Origin: Podarcis cretensis
Lineage: Eukaryota
Direction: 5' to 3'
DNA length: 64,000 bases
Assembly: GCA_951804945.1 (NCBI GenBank)
Contig: OX638149.1
Location: 92,504,001 to 92,568,000 of the forward strand
Shown piece after piece: positions 12,101 to 27,100 of the stretch. The position numbers and the translations under genes were made by a program. The notes under the pieces are model-generated. The model ran no database searches and was not told the DNA's origin. It saw only the letters and a program-made list of their open reading frames with translations. Numbering within the stretch: position 1 is the first letter of the stretch; every line of letters starts with the position of its first letter.

Positions 12101-15100
12101 AATCTCACATACATTGTCACAGTTTCAAGGTGTTCCATTCCCACAGTACAGTGAATACAGTTCCCAACACTTCAGGGAACTGGTAGTTCTTTGGTGCTGG
12201 GCGTTTTCCTTTCTGCTGTGAGTAATCCTTATACCCAGTCCTTCTGCTCTGGCCTTTGCTGTAAATTGGGTCCTGATAATCTTTACAAAATCATTAATGA
12301 ACTGTAGTTTTGAGGAAACACTGAACTTTTATAGAAATATTTTTAGACATGTTTGGGAAATCCATCCAACCCCTTTCAGTATTGCACACTAGGAAATCAG
12401 AGAAAACAGAAACTACAAATTGGATATTCTTTTATTAGAAGTTCATTCTCTTGCGATGAAATATACTGCTCCATGTTTCCATACTTGAAATGAGAGACCA
12501 CAGTGCGTTATCTCATAATTAAGTCTAGCTGCTGATATTTGCTGCTCTTCTCCAGTGCTGGAATTGTTCACAAACTCACGGATGTTTCTTGCTCTTTCTT
12601 CCTGAAATAGATATTTATTTGTTCTTCAGCTAAAACAGGACATTTTGAGTGGCAAGTAAGTACTGTTGATAATTACGCTAAATGAAGGGGGCTTGTCTCT
12701 TATCAAATATGTGCGGGAAATTTAGGATACAAATATAGAACATGTGCATCTCCAAGATGCTGAAGGTATTAGTAGCTACTTACCATGCTTTGTAGCAGTG
12801 GACATTAATGGACTCTGGTAGTTATAATAAGCCATTTGTTTAGATTCTTTGCTCAGATTTAGTATTTAAAATTCACAATTGCATCTTAGAAATCTTCATA
12901 ATTTTTTACCACCTAAAGCAGTGGTTCTCAAAGGGTGTGGCCCGGAGAAGTAAGTTTGAGAACCACTGGCCTAAAGACTATGGTCAGGTTTCTGCAAGGA
13001 TGTACAAAAGAGGAGAATGGGGATGTGCTGTTGCATGTGGTGCATAACCTGTGTGATGTCAGTTATTAATGGTTCCTTTAATTCAAATGCAGTCTTTTTG
13101 GGACAGATTTGGTGTGGCGTAATTGAAGAATATATTAATGATTCCCCAGTCCATATAGTTGTAGGATCTAAGCTGACTTAGGCAAGCTTATTTGCTCCTT
13201 TAATGTAAACCATACATTTCCAAAAATCCAAGTGCTATAGGAACATGTGCTTTAAGTATATTTCTGAGTAATATGTCAAGTTCGCTGAAACGGTTTACTA
13301 CATCTGCCCCTTCCAAATCGTTGACCCATAATCATTTCCTCATACTGCCGTTAAAATTTGCTTGACATTCTTTTTTTTCTCATTGCAGGTTGGAGTGTCC
13401 ATTTGAAACAGCTGTGCAGTTGTCAGCTTACATGTTACAAGGTGAGCTGCCTTAAGGGAACAGCCTTTGTGTGGGTGTATTGCTTGAGGTGCAGGACTGA
13501 TTCGAATAAGACAAGGTTTCCTTTACAGATAGCAAACCTTATGTAAACTGCTGGTCACATTAATTGCCAGGGATTCAGATAAATTACTGTACTTGAGCTA
13601 TTTCTGGGCATTGTTGCTTTTTTGCTTTAGGGATATATTTTGTAGCCAGAGGATTATAACAGCTGATAGGGCTCAGTCATGTGAGGCTTATCACTAAGAT
13701 CTTAGCTTTTTCTTGCTACTGTACAATCTAGCACAAGTGGGAAGTATGAGTGGAATCCTGGGGTGTGGACTACCTTATAGTCCTTGTGTAGGAAAAAGGA
13801 AGGCAGGCGTGAGAAGAATTAACTTGCTTAAGTGAAATAATTATTTTTCCATAGATGCCTCAGAGCTTTGGTTCCATTCAGAAAAACACTGTGAACCTCA
13901 TATTGAGATTTGTTGGTTATTTTGGCAAAGCAAGCTCAGAATTCTGCACTTTGACCTCTACATTTGTACTTACTGAAAGAGATGTCAGCTTGGAAGTGTT
14001 TATTAGGGATAGTTTGCAACAGAAATTAAGTGTTTNNNNNNNNNNNNNNNNNNNNNNNNNNNNNNNNNNNNNNNNNNNNNNNNNNNNNNNNNNNNNNNNN
14101 NNNNNNNNNNNNNNNNNNNNNNNNNNNNNNNNNNNNNNNNNNNNNNNNNNNNNNNNNNNNNNNNNNNNNNNNNNNNNNNNNNNNAATCCTGATTTTATTT
14201 TTAAGAGTAATTGCATTACAATGGGTTGTAGTTGCACAGCCGTTGCCTATTTGAGGACTTTAAAATCCTTTTATATAGAAATAAGTCCAACTGCATTCAT
14301 TCAATGAAACCTCTAAGTAAGTGTGTCTAGAATCATTATTGCAAGATTGTTACTGCAGAGCAAAAGGAATTTTCTGTGATTCTCATAGTTCTGATTGTAG
14401 ATAACTGTGTTGGAAGTAGATACTCATAAGTTCCTAATCAGTGATCAGTGGCTGTTAGTCTTGTATCAAATGTAGTTTTAAAAGTTATCTATATTTCCTG
14501 TGGGACTTAGAATCTTAGAAAGTATTATATATGCCTGCCAGGTAAAACAGTATGTCGCAAAAAGATACTTCCCCACACAAAAGGAGTGGGTGCCACTGTG
14601 GTCTAAACCACTGAGCCTCTTGGGCTTGCTGATCGGAAGGTCAGCAGTTCAAATCCACACAACGGTGGTGAGCTCCTGCTGCTGTGTCCTAGCTTCTACC
14701 GACCTGTCAGTTCTAAAGCATACCAGTGCAAGTAGATAAATAGGTACTGTTGCGGTAGGAAGGTAAACGGCATTTCCATGCACTCTGGCACTCGTCAGGG
14801 TGTTCTGTTGTGCCAGAAGTGTTTTAGTCATGCTGACCACATGACCCCACAGCCTTGGTACAAAAGGTTATATATGTGAAAATATTTATAAATTAATGTT
14901 GATCATTTTTTTAATGTATGAGGCAACGAGGAACACACACGAAATGTGATTTTCTGTATTGTTTAGATAGGAGAGGGGGACAGACTTTGTGATGTATTCT
15001 GACAATCTTTCAGAGGAATTCATAAATTTGCTGTTTGATTTTTTTTTTTCTACTAACAATCTATAGATAGTAGTGTTCAGTTGACAGATAAGAACTCAAG

Positions 15101-18100
15101 TAACACTGGTAAGATAGTGTTGGAAGATACTGGGTTTGATGGTATGGGCAGGCAACTCATATATCCGTGTAATAAGAGAAGACACTTTTGAATCAATTCC
15201 CCAGAAGATAGTAATTTCGCAACATGCAACAATGAAGTGTTGGTATTCATGTTTCTGTAGTGGTGGGATGCAGAGATCCAACTCTGTGAAGAGGGCTGCA
15301 GCAAAGCCTTAAAGAATTCATGCCTTGATCCCATTTTGGCATAGATTCTGTTTATAAATTTGCATGACAGTAAATGTTCGATTCCAGGCTTTGATGACAG
15401 TGCCCAGTACTCAGTAGAAAGCTGAGTAGATCCTATTTAAATTAGCTGGAGGTTAACCTAGCTTTGGAAGCAAGCAAGCATCAAGTAAATTATGGATTTA
15501 GAAACTTCCTTAACTTCAAATTGAAAGACTCATGAAAATGCAGCTTAAAATATTTATTCAATAAGCTCAGTTGTGTTCAAGACCCAAGAAATCTATTAAA
15601 ATATTTACATAGCACAAAATTTAACAAACATGTTATATTATTCAGTGCTTCTTCTTACATTTCCAGCTGCTTCTTTTTACATTTTAAAAGACTGCATTAA
15701 AAATTTCATGTTTGTGATGGTAAAAAAAGAAAGTGATCTCACTAAGCACCTGCAAGTCTGAGTATCTTAAAAAAAGAGGAATGAAAGAAGTTAAATAACA
15801 AATGCTAGTTCCCCCGCCAACCTACAGTTTCAGCAGTAAATGAAAATACTCTTCCATATAAGTTCTTGTTTGTGTCTGTAGTTCTTCCAAAGCTGATTTA
15901 AGATTCAGTTTTAACATACCTGTACTAAGATCAAAATACTGATTTCCTATTAAACTGTAAATATTTAAATGAAGTTTTAATTATCTTTGAATAAATGTTC
16001 AGTGTGTCAATGAAATGAGTCATTGTAGGCACTTCGGATTTTGCCATTTCCAAATTTGCTTTTGCTAGAATTTTCTTGAAGTATTCTTCTCTTTCCAGCT
16101 GAACTTGGTGACTACGACCCTGCTGAACACATCCCTGATATAGTTTCAGAGTTCAGGTTTGTGCCCGAGCAAACTGAAGACATGGAACTTGCCATTTTTG
16201 AGAAGTGGAAGGAATACAGGTAAAAAATCTCAAATTGTAAATTGCCACATCCATCCAACGCATACCATTGTATGCATTGCTTTCTTTTGCTGAGAGAAAG
16301 GGGACTTTAAATTCCTATGAATACCTTCCTGAGTGTTGGTGTTGTATTTCTGTTGAGACAAACTAGAACATAGTCCAAAAGCTGCCTTCATTTTCTGAAG
16401 CAATCACAGCAAGCTACAAGACACATCTAAGACCAGATAGTATCATCTGGACAATAGGGTATGCATTTTATGCAGTCTACAGCCTTAGCACTTCTTGATG
16501 TTATCAATACAGCTCTGTAAGCTTCTACAGCTTAATTTAGCAGTTCAGTATTTTCTTAGCCCCTTGATTTCAAAACAAAACTAAAGTTGGCCATTATTAA
16601 AACTAAGTCGAGATGAGCACTATTTGGCTTGCTCTACATATATCAAGTTCCCCTTTTTTGTATTCTTTCTGTAACCTCTCTTTTTTATCAAGGCATGTTA
16701 TTTTTAACTTCATGTGATTTTTGTGTAATATAAATCATTTCAGGGGGCAAACACCCGCTCAGGCAGAAACAAATTATTTGAACAAAGCAAAATGGCTGGA
16801 AATGTATGGAGTAGACATGCATATAGTCAAGGTAAGTTTATGGTTGTAGGCCGTGCTTTTGGGAACGTTATTTTTAGTACTTCTATAAACATAAAAATAC
16901 CTAAACTTGCAGTCTTTGTAGCAATGAGTGGGATCTGCTTCTTATAATAGCCTAGTCTGCTTACCTATACAAGTTACGGAGGACAATTTAGTTAATACAT
17001 ATCTTGCTGTGCATCTGCCAGAAATGGCTGTGATCTGAAGCTACTGCTTATATACCCAGCTGCTATAACAACAACCACATTTGTGAGCTTACCAAAGGTG
17101 GGCTGCATGGCTGGGTGGGGACTTTTACCCTGGTCTCCCATGTCAAAGTCCAACAATGGATCTCTAGACCAGACACAGTGAATTTATTATCCCAGTGTAT
17201 TTTGTAGCTAAGAAATGAATTGCTCTGAAATTCTTAATCATAATGTTAAACATATTCAGAATAAATATAAATCGTGGAAGTCTTGAGAGATGAGTGCTGA
17301 AAATAAACTGAGATTTAATATTGTTTGACTTAGGACCAGGTTTGCAGCCTAATGTTAAGTAATTCTCAAGAAACCACAAATGATAAAGCATAAATGTAGC
17401 TTTAAGTGTAGATTAATATAAGTGAAATGTTCTATGAAACTATGTATGTTTCTAGAATTCATATCTGTCAGCTTGGCTTGATCAAATCCTCAGAGCAGCA
17501 GACAATGCCCTTATAAGCAGTGAAAATAATATCCAAAGATAAAATATTTAATAAAACAAAAAATAATAATAGAATAAATGCTTGGTAAGGGGCTTGTTAA
17601 TAACATCTGTGACTAAGGCCTTTAATTTTGCTGCAGTATCTTAACAGTGAATGAAAGTATAATTAAAGTAACTTGTACAGTGGTGCCCCGCAAGATGAAC
17701 GCCTCGCAAGACGGAAACCCCGCTAGACGAAAGGGTTTTCCGTTTTGGAGGCGCTTCGCAAAACGAATTTCCCTATGGGCTTGCTTTGCAAGACGAAAAT
17801 GTCTTGTGAGTTCCTGCGGGTTTTTTTCCTCCCCCCCCCTTTTCTAAGCCGCTAAGCCACTTATCAGCTGATCCGATAAGCTGCTAAAAGCCGCTAAGCC
17901 GTCAATGGGCTTGCTTCACAAGACGAAAAAACCGCTAGACGAAGAGACTCGCAGAACGGATTAATTTCGTCTTGCGAGGTACCACTGTACCAGCATAAAG
18001 TCACATCTGTAGGAATATTCTAATCTAATTTGTATCCCTCTTAGGCAAGAGATGGAAATGATTATAGCCTCGGACTAACACCCACAGGAGTTCTTGTGTT

Positions 18101-21100
18101 TGAAGGAGAAACTAAGATTGGATTGTTCTTCTGGTAAGCAGAATAATTTATAAAATAAATTATTTTAGAGTCTGCATCCTAGCCCTAGACTAGAATTTGT
18201 AAGTCTTGTAAGCAAGCACGGTTCTATGTTGGCATTCTCTGTGATTTGCCATAACAGAGCTCTAGGTGTATTGTGAATGGGTGGAATGATTCTTGAAAAT
18301 GGCTGTACAGCTATTTAGTTTGGGCTTTTTAGAAATTAATGTCTGTGTTAGGCTGCGTGTTTATATGTAAAAAAGAGTGGTTTTTCCTGAGAGTGCAGAT
18401 ATATCTGGGTATGGGACATTTATTCAGTAGGATGAGTGTATACTTCTCATTCACTGGAAGGAACTAAGAAACTGATCTACATGAATCAAGCATAAACATT
18501 CAAAATCAGAAAATTCAATTAGAATTTCCCTTTAAAAAACTCATTTAACATTGACATTTGTGTTAAAGCACCACATGGTTAAACTTGTAATTTTTAAATA
18601 TTAATTTATAGCACAAGAGAATAGCTGGTGTTCTTGCCGTTACATAGGTTTTTGTAAAATATGTTTTTACTAGGTGCTGTATGAATTGTGGTGCAATTGC
18701 AGTAAAGTACATACATCTTTTACATTTTAACTTTTTCCCATTGCAGGCCAAAGATCACTAGGTTGGACTTCAGAAAGAATAAATTAACACTAGTGGTGGT
18801 TGAAGATGATGAACAGGTAGAAGGAAGTCTTTGTTCATCTTGCTTCTATTGTTGTGAGTTAGTTTAAGCATAAGTATCGTAGCCAAAATAAATTAAGGAT
18901 GGTTGTGGGTGATAACGTAAACATTTTTCCTATTGATTGTAATAGGCACTTAGTGAAAATTATTGTTTGAAAGTGAATAGTGACCTGTCATATTCTGAAG
19001 AGACTGTCCTTAAAATTTATTTTTCTACCCAAGAATGAATAATGAATAACTATTACAGATGGTTGAAACATTTACCTAATTGTTGAAACATAATATCATT
19101 TTAACACCAACAGGCATTGTTCATCTTCTTGAAGTAACACAGTGTTACTCGATCTCCTCCACATACAATATTAGTATTCTTGTATTCCATTCTTCCACCA
19201 AGTTACTCAAGCCAGCACTCGTTTGTTCATCTGCCACCCCCTCCAACTTTATCCTCATAATAGTCCAATGAGATATAGGCTGAAAGTTACTAGCCTAAGA
19301 TCAATCACTCAGTGAGAGCATCATGGCTGAATGAGGATTTTAACCTGGCTACTTCTCACAGGGTAGGGTTCAGTATTCTAATCACTAATAATACACTGGA
19401 TTTCAAGAGTGATCTTTAAGTTTCTACCAATAGTAATGTGAGGTTTCTTCCTCTTTGCATTTGATAAGGCATATTGCTACAGAAGCAGCACTACCGTTCT
19501 TTGTTTATATTAAGTATGGAGAAATTTGGCTGACTTTGTATTACTTCTAAGTAAAAATATGTTGGATTTTAAGTGCCTAATTAGTGTGTGTTGATTGATT
19601 TGGTAAAGAAACTAGAAAATCAGCCTAGGGGAAGGCAGATTGTAAACACTGGTACTCCAAGCCTTCTTTAAAAAGAAGTAAAAAATGGTTTTAATAAATA
19701 AATGTCAACTATCTTGAACAAACCACTTGGAAAATAGAAATGCAATCTTTTGCATTCTGTTTGTCTTCTTCTTGTCAGGCTACTCAAGTTGTTGAAAACC
19801 ATTATTCTCCTCCCCACTCCCAATCCACAGTCAGCACAAAGTATAGCAGCTCCTATGTCAAGAAGGCAACATATCGCTCAGCAAGGTCACATGTCTTCAG
19901 TTGTGGCTTGGCATTTTTAAAGAGGTTGTGCAGTTTTCCCTTTAAGTGACTAGCACTGTATAACATGTTTTATAATTGTAATGCTTAATTCTGTCATAAT
20001 AACAAAAAAGATAAACTGATCCTCTGCTATTTATATTTTATCTCTCTGTCTTATTCTGTGTCAAGGAAACAGGAAGAACTTGTTATATCAGTAATGCTAT
20101 AAAATACTGAGAGCACATTGTTCTCTTCAGTATTTTATAACATTCTTGGTTGAACTTACCTTTGAGTTATGGGTTCTATGAATGCCTGCAATTTGTGACT
20201 GTAGCTGTGATAATCTGAAGGTAGCATTCATAGTAGTTTTCTAAATGCTCCTGTGGCGGTCCTTTCCCCCCCCCTAAGGGCAAGGAGCAGGAGCACACTT
20301 TTGTCTTTAGGCTGGATCACCCAAAGGCCTGCAAACATTTGTGGAAATGTGCAGTCGAGCATCATGCCTTCTTCCGCCTCCGTGGACCCGTCCAAAAAGG
20401 GTCCAGTCGGTCAAGCTTCATTCGGCTGGGGTCAAGGTTCAGATACAGGTCAGCAGTCTCTTTTGTTCAATACCTTCTTCCCTGACTTTTTCTCAGATAA
20501 GGCACAGGAAAGAAAGCTGGTCCGTGGTTTTGTTTGTAGTAGTCACTACTCTAGATTCCTATTGGCATAAAGGGAAAGGATTGAAAGAGGCACTTAGCTC
20601 AGTCAAAATAGTCTGTAGGCATGGAAAATCTGCCGCGTGTTAAGCCTTTCTGCTGCTGTGTTCTGCGAAATACCAAAGCCTAACTTTTACCTTGGCCAAA
20701 TCCAGAAAAGACTGAATTTCTAGATCTCGTGATTAGAGAAAGAAGCCTGAACTGTTTTTGCATATGCTTATTTATTGGAGGAAATGGATCTGTAGTTACT
20801 CAGCTCGAGTATACATTCTTCCCTACTTTCCCTCCCCCATTTAGGGGATAAAGCATTAAAAAACATTAAACTGAGCCCATGAACAGATTGGTAGTCAGGG
20901 GAGTCAATGTAATATTGGTGTCTTCAGATCTGATGATTGGGCTCCTGTCAGCAGTTCAGCTGCTCATTTTGAACCAATTAAGTTCCCAAATGCTTTTCAA
21001 AGGAAGCACAGTGTGGAACACATTACACAGTGATCTAAGATGGTTGTAACCATTGGATGTGGAACTGTGGCCATTTCTCTTCTCCAGTAGTTATAACTGG

Positions 21101-24100
21101 CTCCCCAGTTGAAACTGTATTGAAAAGGGCTATGTCAAAGAGCACTCCCATTCTACAAAACTGCTCTAGTAGGTACTAGTGAATCCTTGAGTTTTCTCCA
21201 CCGCGTCTTTTGGCTGACTCGCACACAAAGTGTAGAGATGATTTAATGAAAGTGGGGGTAAAGTTTAGCTTCTACAGATGTAGATTTTTGTGGTGAAACT
21301 GATATTTTTGGTACAAAATATATACAGTTGCAGTAATTATCAGCTGAGTGCACATGGACTATGGTTTTCATCCTATTCACGTTTCTTGTTTCATTCCATT
21401 TTTCCTTGTCTCTGTTTTGTTCTTGGATTTTATACTATATCATCTGGTAAGGATGATGTCTGTTTAATAGGATTATAGAAACTAATAGTATGTATATGAC
21501 TGGCTTTAAATAAAACAAAAGCACATGAGAACTAAGCGTTTAGAAGAGCAAGGATAATTGGGTGCTGTCGCTTACATCAACTTTTCAAATATAAATGTTT
21601 TCTCTTGTTCTTTCCACTTCAATCTAGTGGGAAAACAGAGTACCAGACAACAAAGACCAACAAAGCCAGACGATCGGCATCTTTTGAAAGAAGGCCTAGC
21701 AAGCGATACTCAAGGAGAACGCTACAAATGAGAGGTAGCTTGACTCATTGGTAGGCGGTGCCACTCAACTTGATCCAAATTACTACTTTGACTTACACTA
21801 ACTAACAGAAAACCTGATCCCCGTGCTGTAGCTTAAACTGTTTTTGAAACTAAAAGGTGCTTAATAACTATTGTGGCATGAGTATAGAGCCTGATGTTTC
21901 AGAATATCAAATCCACCCCCATGAGTTCCTAGAGCCAGTGTCTTTGGATCCTTGCCCGTTCTACAAACAGCATACAATATTGTTAATGGGGCAATTGCCT
22001 GGACTTTCCTTCCCTGTCTTCCGACTTATCCATTGTATTTACTAGGGCTGTGCCAGGCACCCGCAGTTCGGCTCAGGGCCCAGTTGGTGATCCTGATCTT
22101 GCTCAATCTGGGCTATGAGCTGGACTTGGGGCCTTTCATAGTTCTAATGTTTATTCAGCATTTGAAACCCTAATGAACCATGTGTTTGATGACAAGGGGA
22201 CTCTTACCTGCATCATCTTCTCTCCCCCACCTGTTGCTGCCTGAACACCCTCTCCCCTTTTGGCAACCCCAGACCACTCCAGGTGAACCTAGGGTGCTTG
22301 GGGCTGCTTCAACCCAGTCTAGACAAATCATGGATCTGCCAGAATCCATTTGGAATCTTGGATTTGTCTGGACTGGATGCAAGGCCCTAGTATTTAGTGG
22401 AAATGTCTGTGAAAGGTGGTAAAGCTGCATGATAGGTAACCCTACAAATAGGATATACCTATTTCCCCGCACATCTAAGTTTTAGTCTGTTTTAAAGCGT
22501 GACCCTAACTCTTTGCACAAGTATCTTTGGAAAAAAATAATGCAAGCTTTTTGATATTGTGTAATTGATATATTGGACATTTTTTTTTGTTTTATTACAG
22601 GAAACACTCATAAATCTGAAGAAACTAGGTAAGAGGACCTGTCGGCATTAGGCTTCCACAGTAAAGATTTATTCCATGAATATGTCTTGGTCATCTCTAT
22701 AGGATTATCAGGAATATTCTCTGATAATATGTTAAAAGCCCCTTTCCTGTTGCTTACGTATTTTTTCATGAATTAGACACCATTCAAATTAAACAGTAAA
22801 ACTCATGCAAGTCAGAGAGCTTAAAAGCTCTTTCCATGCCACATTTTCCTGCCATGGAAAGAGTTTTGTAAGCTCTGCCTTGCTTACCAGGCTCTGAGAA
22901 GGTCTTGCACAGACTCTGGAGATCTCACAAGACCTTGGAATAACCCTGCAAGATTTCCCAACCTCCCAGTGCCCAGTACACAAAACCTGTTTAGTGTGCT
23001 GGCTTTGGAAATGTAGGCATGGTCACACTGGGCTTGTTCTGACTATACACAATTTTGGCTTCACATGCTACCCCCCAGAGTGTAAACCCCCCCCCCCAAG
23101 ATGTGATCCTACTGTACTTATTTTTTTACTCCTTTTCTTAGTTAGTGAAAGAGGTAGGTAGCCTCATGGGAGTCTGCCATCTTCCCTCTACTTATTTTTA
23201 ATGGTGGTATTAGGATATCATGGTATGTTCACCCTAGAGCTAATCAATTCTATGTTTGACTATGCATGCTAATTAACATTGCTGATTAAAATTGATTTTA
23301 AAAGATGCATGTTGTTTCACTGAAAGTTATTAGATCAGCAGTGAATTTTTTGCTGTTGTTGAAAGAAGTGCTCTTTCATACCTGCTTTTTATGGTGTGGT
23401 GTTTGACTTAACAGATCTGTGCAAGTTAGTTTCATGTGGAAACCACAACAACCATGCCTTGATGGAACTGGAAACATACTCAGATAAGATAAATTAATGT
23501 GTTTTGGTTCCAGGCATCAGGGCTCAGTATTTCACTCTTTCCATCGTTGAAAATTTGGCTTTGATTTATTGCACTCCTACCCCTGTTCATGCAGATTGAT
23601 AAGATTTGCCTTGATAAGTTCTGCCTACCAGAACTTCATATGGATTATGATGGCTTAGGAAAAAGTCCAGCATATGTGTGAGATCTTAGTGTAAAACAGT
23701 CAAAGTAAGGGCTGCTTTGGAGTCAAGTGATGCATACAAATGTAAATACAGAAAATGCTGGTTTGGCCTCAGTTTTATTTATTTATTAATGTCCCTGTTG
23801 CTGATCCTACTTGGAGCTGGCAGACCCAGATAAGCCTTAAAATCCTAACAGTTTGATCTTTGATAAATTAACTTTAAACTATTGGTTTTTTCCCCCATTT
23901 CAGCCTTCCAAATAATGTTTTCAGCCAAAATAATGGATCACAGCAAGTAAGTTTGTCTAAGCTGTTTACTTAACATTTTTCTAAGTCTTTGCGTCAAAAG
24001 TAAACTAATCTCAAATGCAGTTGCCTTGACCTCAGAATTTAGAACCTGTAGTAAATGGAGAGTTGGATCATTTGGTTCTCTTGGCCATAAATGTTAAGCT

Positions 24101-27100
24101 AATATGAAAATTTACAAACCAAAGTAGAAAACCTTGTGTTCTCATTTTCAAGGTTTAAAAAAAAAACCCAATGAAGGCAAAACTACATTTTTGCTTTGTA
24201 TTTTGTCTTTCAAGAACTGGAGTGCAATGCCCGCCCTACCCTCAGTTACAGCAGTTCCTTCTGGGCCAGTCTTAGTTGAAATAGAAAATCTCCCACGGAG
24301 TCCCGGGACCAGCCAGCAAGACAAGAAATGGTGCGTCACTCTGGTCTCACTTTGCTCTGATTTGGAAATGATGAGTTATTGGTCATTTCACATACCTTTC
24401 CTGCAACTGATATTGTTCATATTTGTGTCTTCTAAGAAGAATATATTGTTGTGGGGGTCATAGATTGTTCTTTTCAGCCTAATTTGGATACTTTGTCAAT
24501 TCATAATTTGCAGTCCCAGTGTTGCTGGGTAGCACCTTGCTATTGTGCACCCTCATTATGTGCTCCCGCAGTGAAGTGAGTTGAATGACTTGTCCTTCAA
24601 CCAGGATTGTGCTCTAAGTTCTGGCCAGATGAGAAAAGCCATACTTTTCATTACTGCAGGCTTTTCTTCAAAAAAATTTATAAAACCATCAAGCTTCACA
24701 GCTGCAGGTTTTTGGTTTTTGGTTTGTTTTTTGCAGTGACCAGGAGGGGTTCACTTAAGAAAATGGAAAAGGTTGCAAATAAGAGCTTATGTTTCATTTA
24801 AATTCCTTTTCCTGATGGTCCAGGCTCTGGCTATCCATCAAGATAAGACCATATTACTTAGCTTTCAGCCCCATTCTGGCTCAAAAATACTTTTTGCTTC
24901 AAAGGGGACAATTTAATCTTGGAGAAAAACTTTTAATTCTCTCAGACACTTTGAAAAACTGTAGCATTACAATGCAGTAGACTTAAAATTTATCTTAGGC
25001 TGTTCCATCCATGCAGTGAACCTTTGACATGTGATCATAATCTGATTTGTTTTGCTTTTGTACAACTTATTTATTTGATCTCATTTAATTTGTATGCTAT
25101 TTAATTGTAAAGAAACATACTTTGAAGTGGTTATAACAGTGATACAGCAAGTATCACTCATTTGTGGTCCTAATTGTTCAGATGTATTTGTCTTTTATGC
25201 AAACTTAGCTAATTGTATCTGTTGACTTAAAAATGCTCTTGACTTTGGCTTTATATCTTGAAGCTGTTCTGAGCTATGATCAAAAACATAATCAAAAGGT
25301 GCTTTCTCTTTTCTCTTGCCCTTGATTTATCCAGTGTCTGAAATTGGAGGTTTTTCTCTTGAGCTCTTGGTTGCTCTGTCAGTTTCTTCCTTCCCACTGG
25401 TGGTGATTGTAAGGTGGTGATACTTTATTTTTTAAATTCTGTTTTGCCTTATTGGTATGATGGCCTGTCTTGCATAAGCTCAGTATAACTGCTGTGCACA
25501 TGCTTTTTGGTAACATTCTTGTGTGTGGTCTTTAGACTCCAGCTCCAAACAGCTCTGACTATGCTTTAACAGCCTTCTAGCGATTTATCAAGGAGTTGCT
25601 GCTTCTAAGAATATAAATGGTGTATTTAGAAATGTGCACAGCAGTGATTGTGCTGTGAATTGCAGAATTTGGAAAACTTCCATTTGCTCCCGTTCTCCTT
25701 CTAAAATGGGTGGGGAGCTGTGGACCTCCAGATGATGTTAAACTCCAAATCCCATTACCCCAAACTGTTACAGTCAGTGATCAGGGATGGTGGGAGTTGC
25801 AGTCCAGCATCATACTGCTCGAGAGGTTTTCCCTTTTTTATACCCAGTACAATTGCGAAGAAAAGTAAGTATGTGGTAACTTCAATTAAGGCTATTGCTA
25901 CATGTAGTTCCCTTCATTAATATTAATTAAAATTTCAAAGTGTGTATAATCACATATAGTATATACACATCTCCTCCACTGAGAGAAATTGCCAATTTGG
26001 CTTCCCACCACAAGAGCCTGCTGTAAAATAGGCATATATGAGTCAATAGGGCGGTCAGATACAAAAGAGAGCAGAGTGCCTGCACTTTTAATAGCTGTGT
26101 AGAAGAAGAAATTAATTATAGCAGGTACAGTTGGTTGCCCTAGATATACATATGGGCTACACACTCCTATACCACTGCTATGTAAAAAAGGACCATTTTG
26201 GAAGTACGGTAGCTGTTACAAGCTACAGAAACCTTAATAGATAAGAAAGGGTTGTTTTTCACCATAGTTCCTGTTCCATCAACCCCTGGATATTATAGCT
26301 TTTCCATCCATGTGTTGCAGTGGTCTATTCCAGACCATAGTGGCACAAAGAGAACTTTTTAACAGTAGCAAACGTGCATGTTCGATAAAACTTGTCACAC
26401 AACCTGTCTGTTTATCCTCGCCCTGTGTGCCTATACTGGCTCTGGGCGCTTGGAGGGAAACATGGACCATGTGTTCAGAACTTCAGGTGTAAGTTCGCTT
26501 CAGCAGTAGCCCAGTATGTGATATGGGCAGTATATTGAGTAGATCCTACATCACCTTGGGATTTTGTGAGGAAATCTGCATTCTTCCATTTCAGAATTAA
26601 ATATTCATCAAGCAGCCTACATTTTTTGTTATTCTGCATGTTACGGCCCAGTTCACAGATGATGTTAAAACATTAGTTTAATGCAAACATTAAATGCTCA
26701 TTTTTGGCTTACTCCTCATAGTAAGCCACCAGTGATGGTTCTTGCACAGCACTAAGCCAACATCTGGTTTTGTTTAATGGTGGAACAGCACAGCAGCAGT
26801 GGGAGAGGAGTAAAATGGACACTCATGAGAATCCTGCCCCAGTATGCTGCTTGTTCACATTAAACAGGTGTTTGTTTCTAACTATGATTTAATGTTATAC
26901 ATGAACTCGGCATGTATGTATGCATTTTAACAGGTTGTGCTGCTATTCTCAGGGGTCAGGGGAAGGGGAAGCAGTAAAGAATTGTTTGGAGCTGTATGGT
27001 CAGTCAAGTGTGTTGTGTTCAGTCTGAAGTTTGGAATGAGATTAAGCTGGATGCATTGATGGAATGTGTGTCTCTGCTTGGAGGAGAGCGACTTGAATGT

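Noticed and set aside
13855-14307. ORFs spanning the N run, or a hidden EPB41L5 exon in the gap
   Set aside because: Artefact of the Ns; the exons ending 13441 and starting 16099 join in frame with the expected FERM sequence
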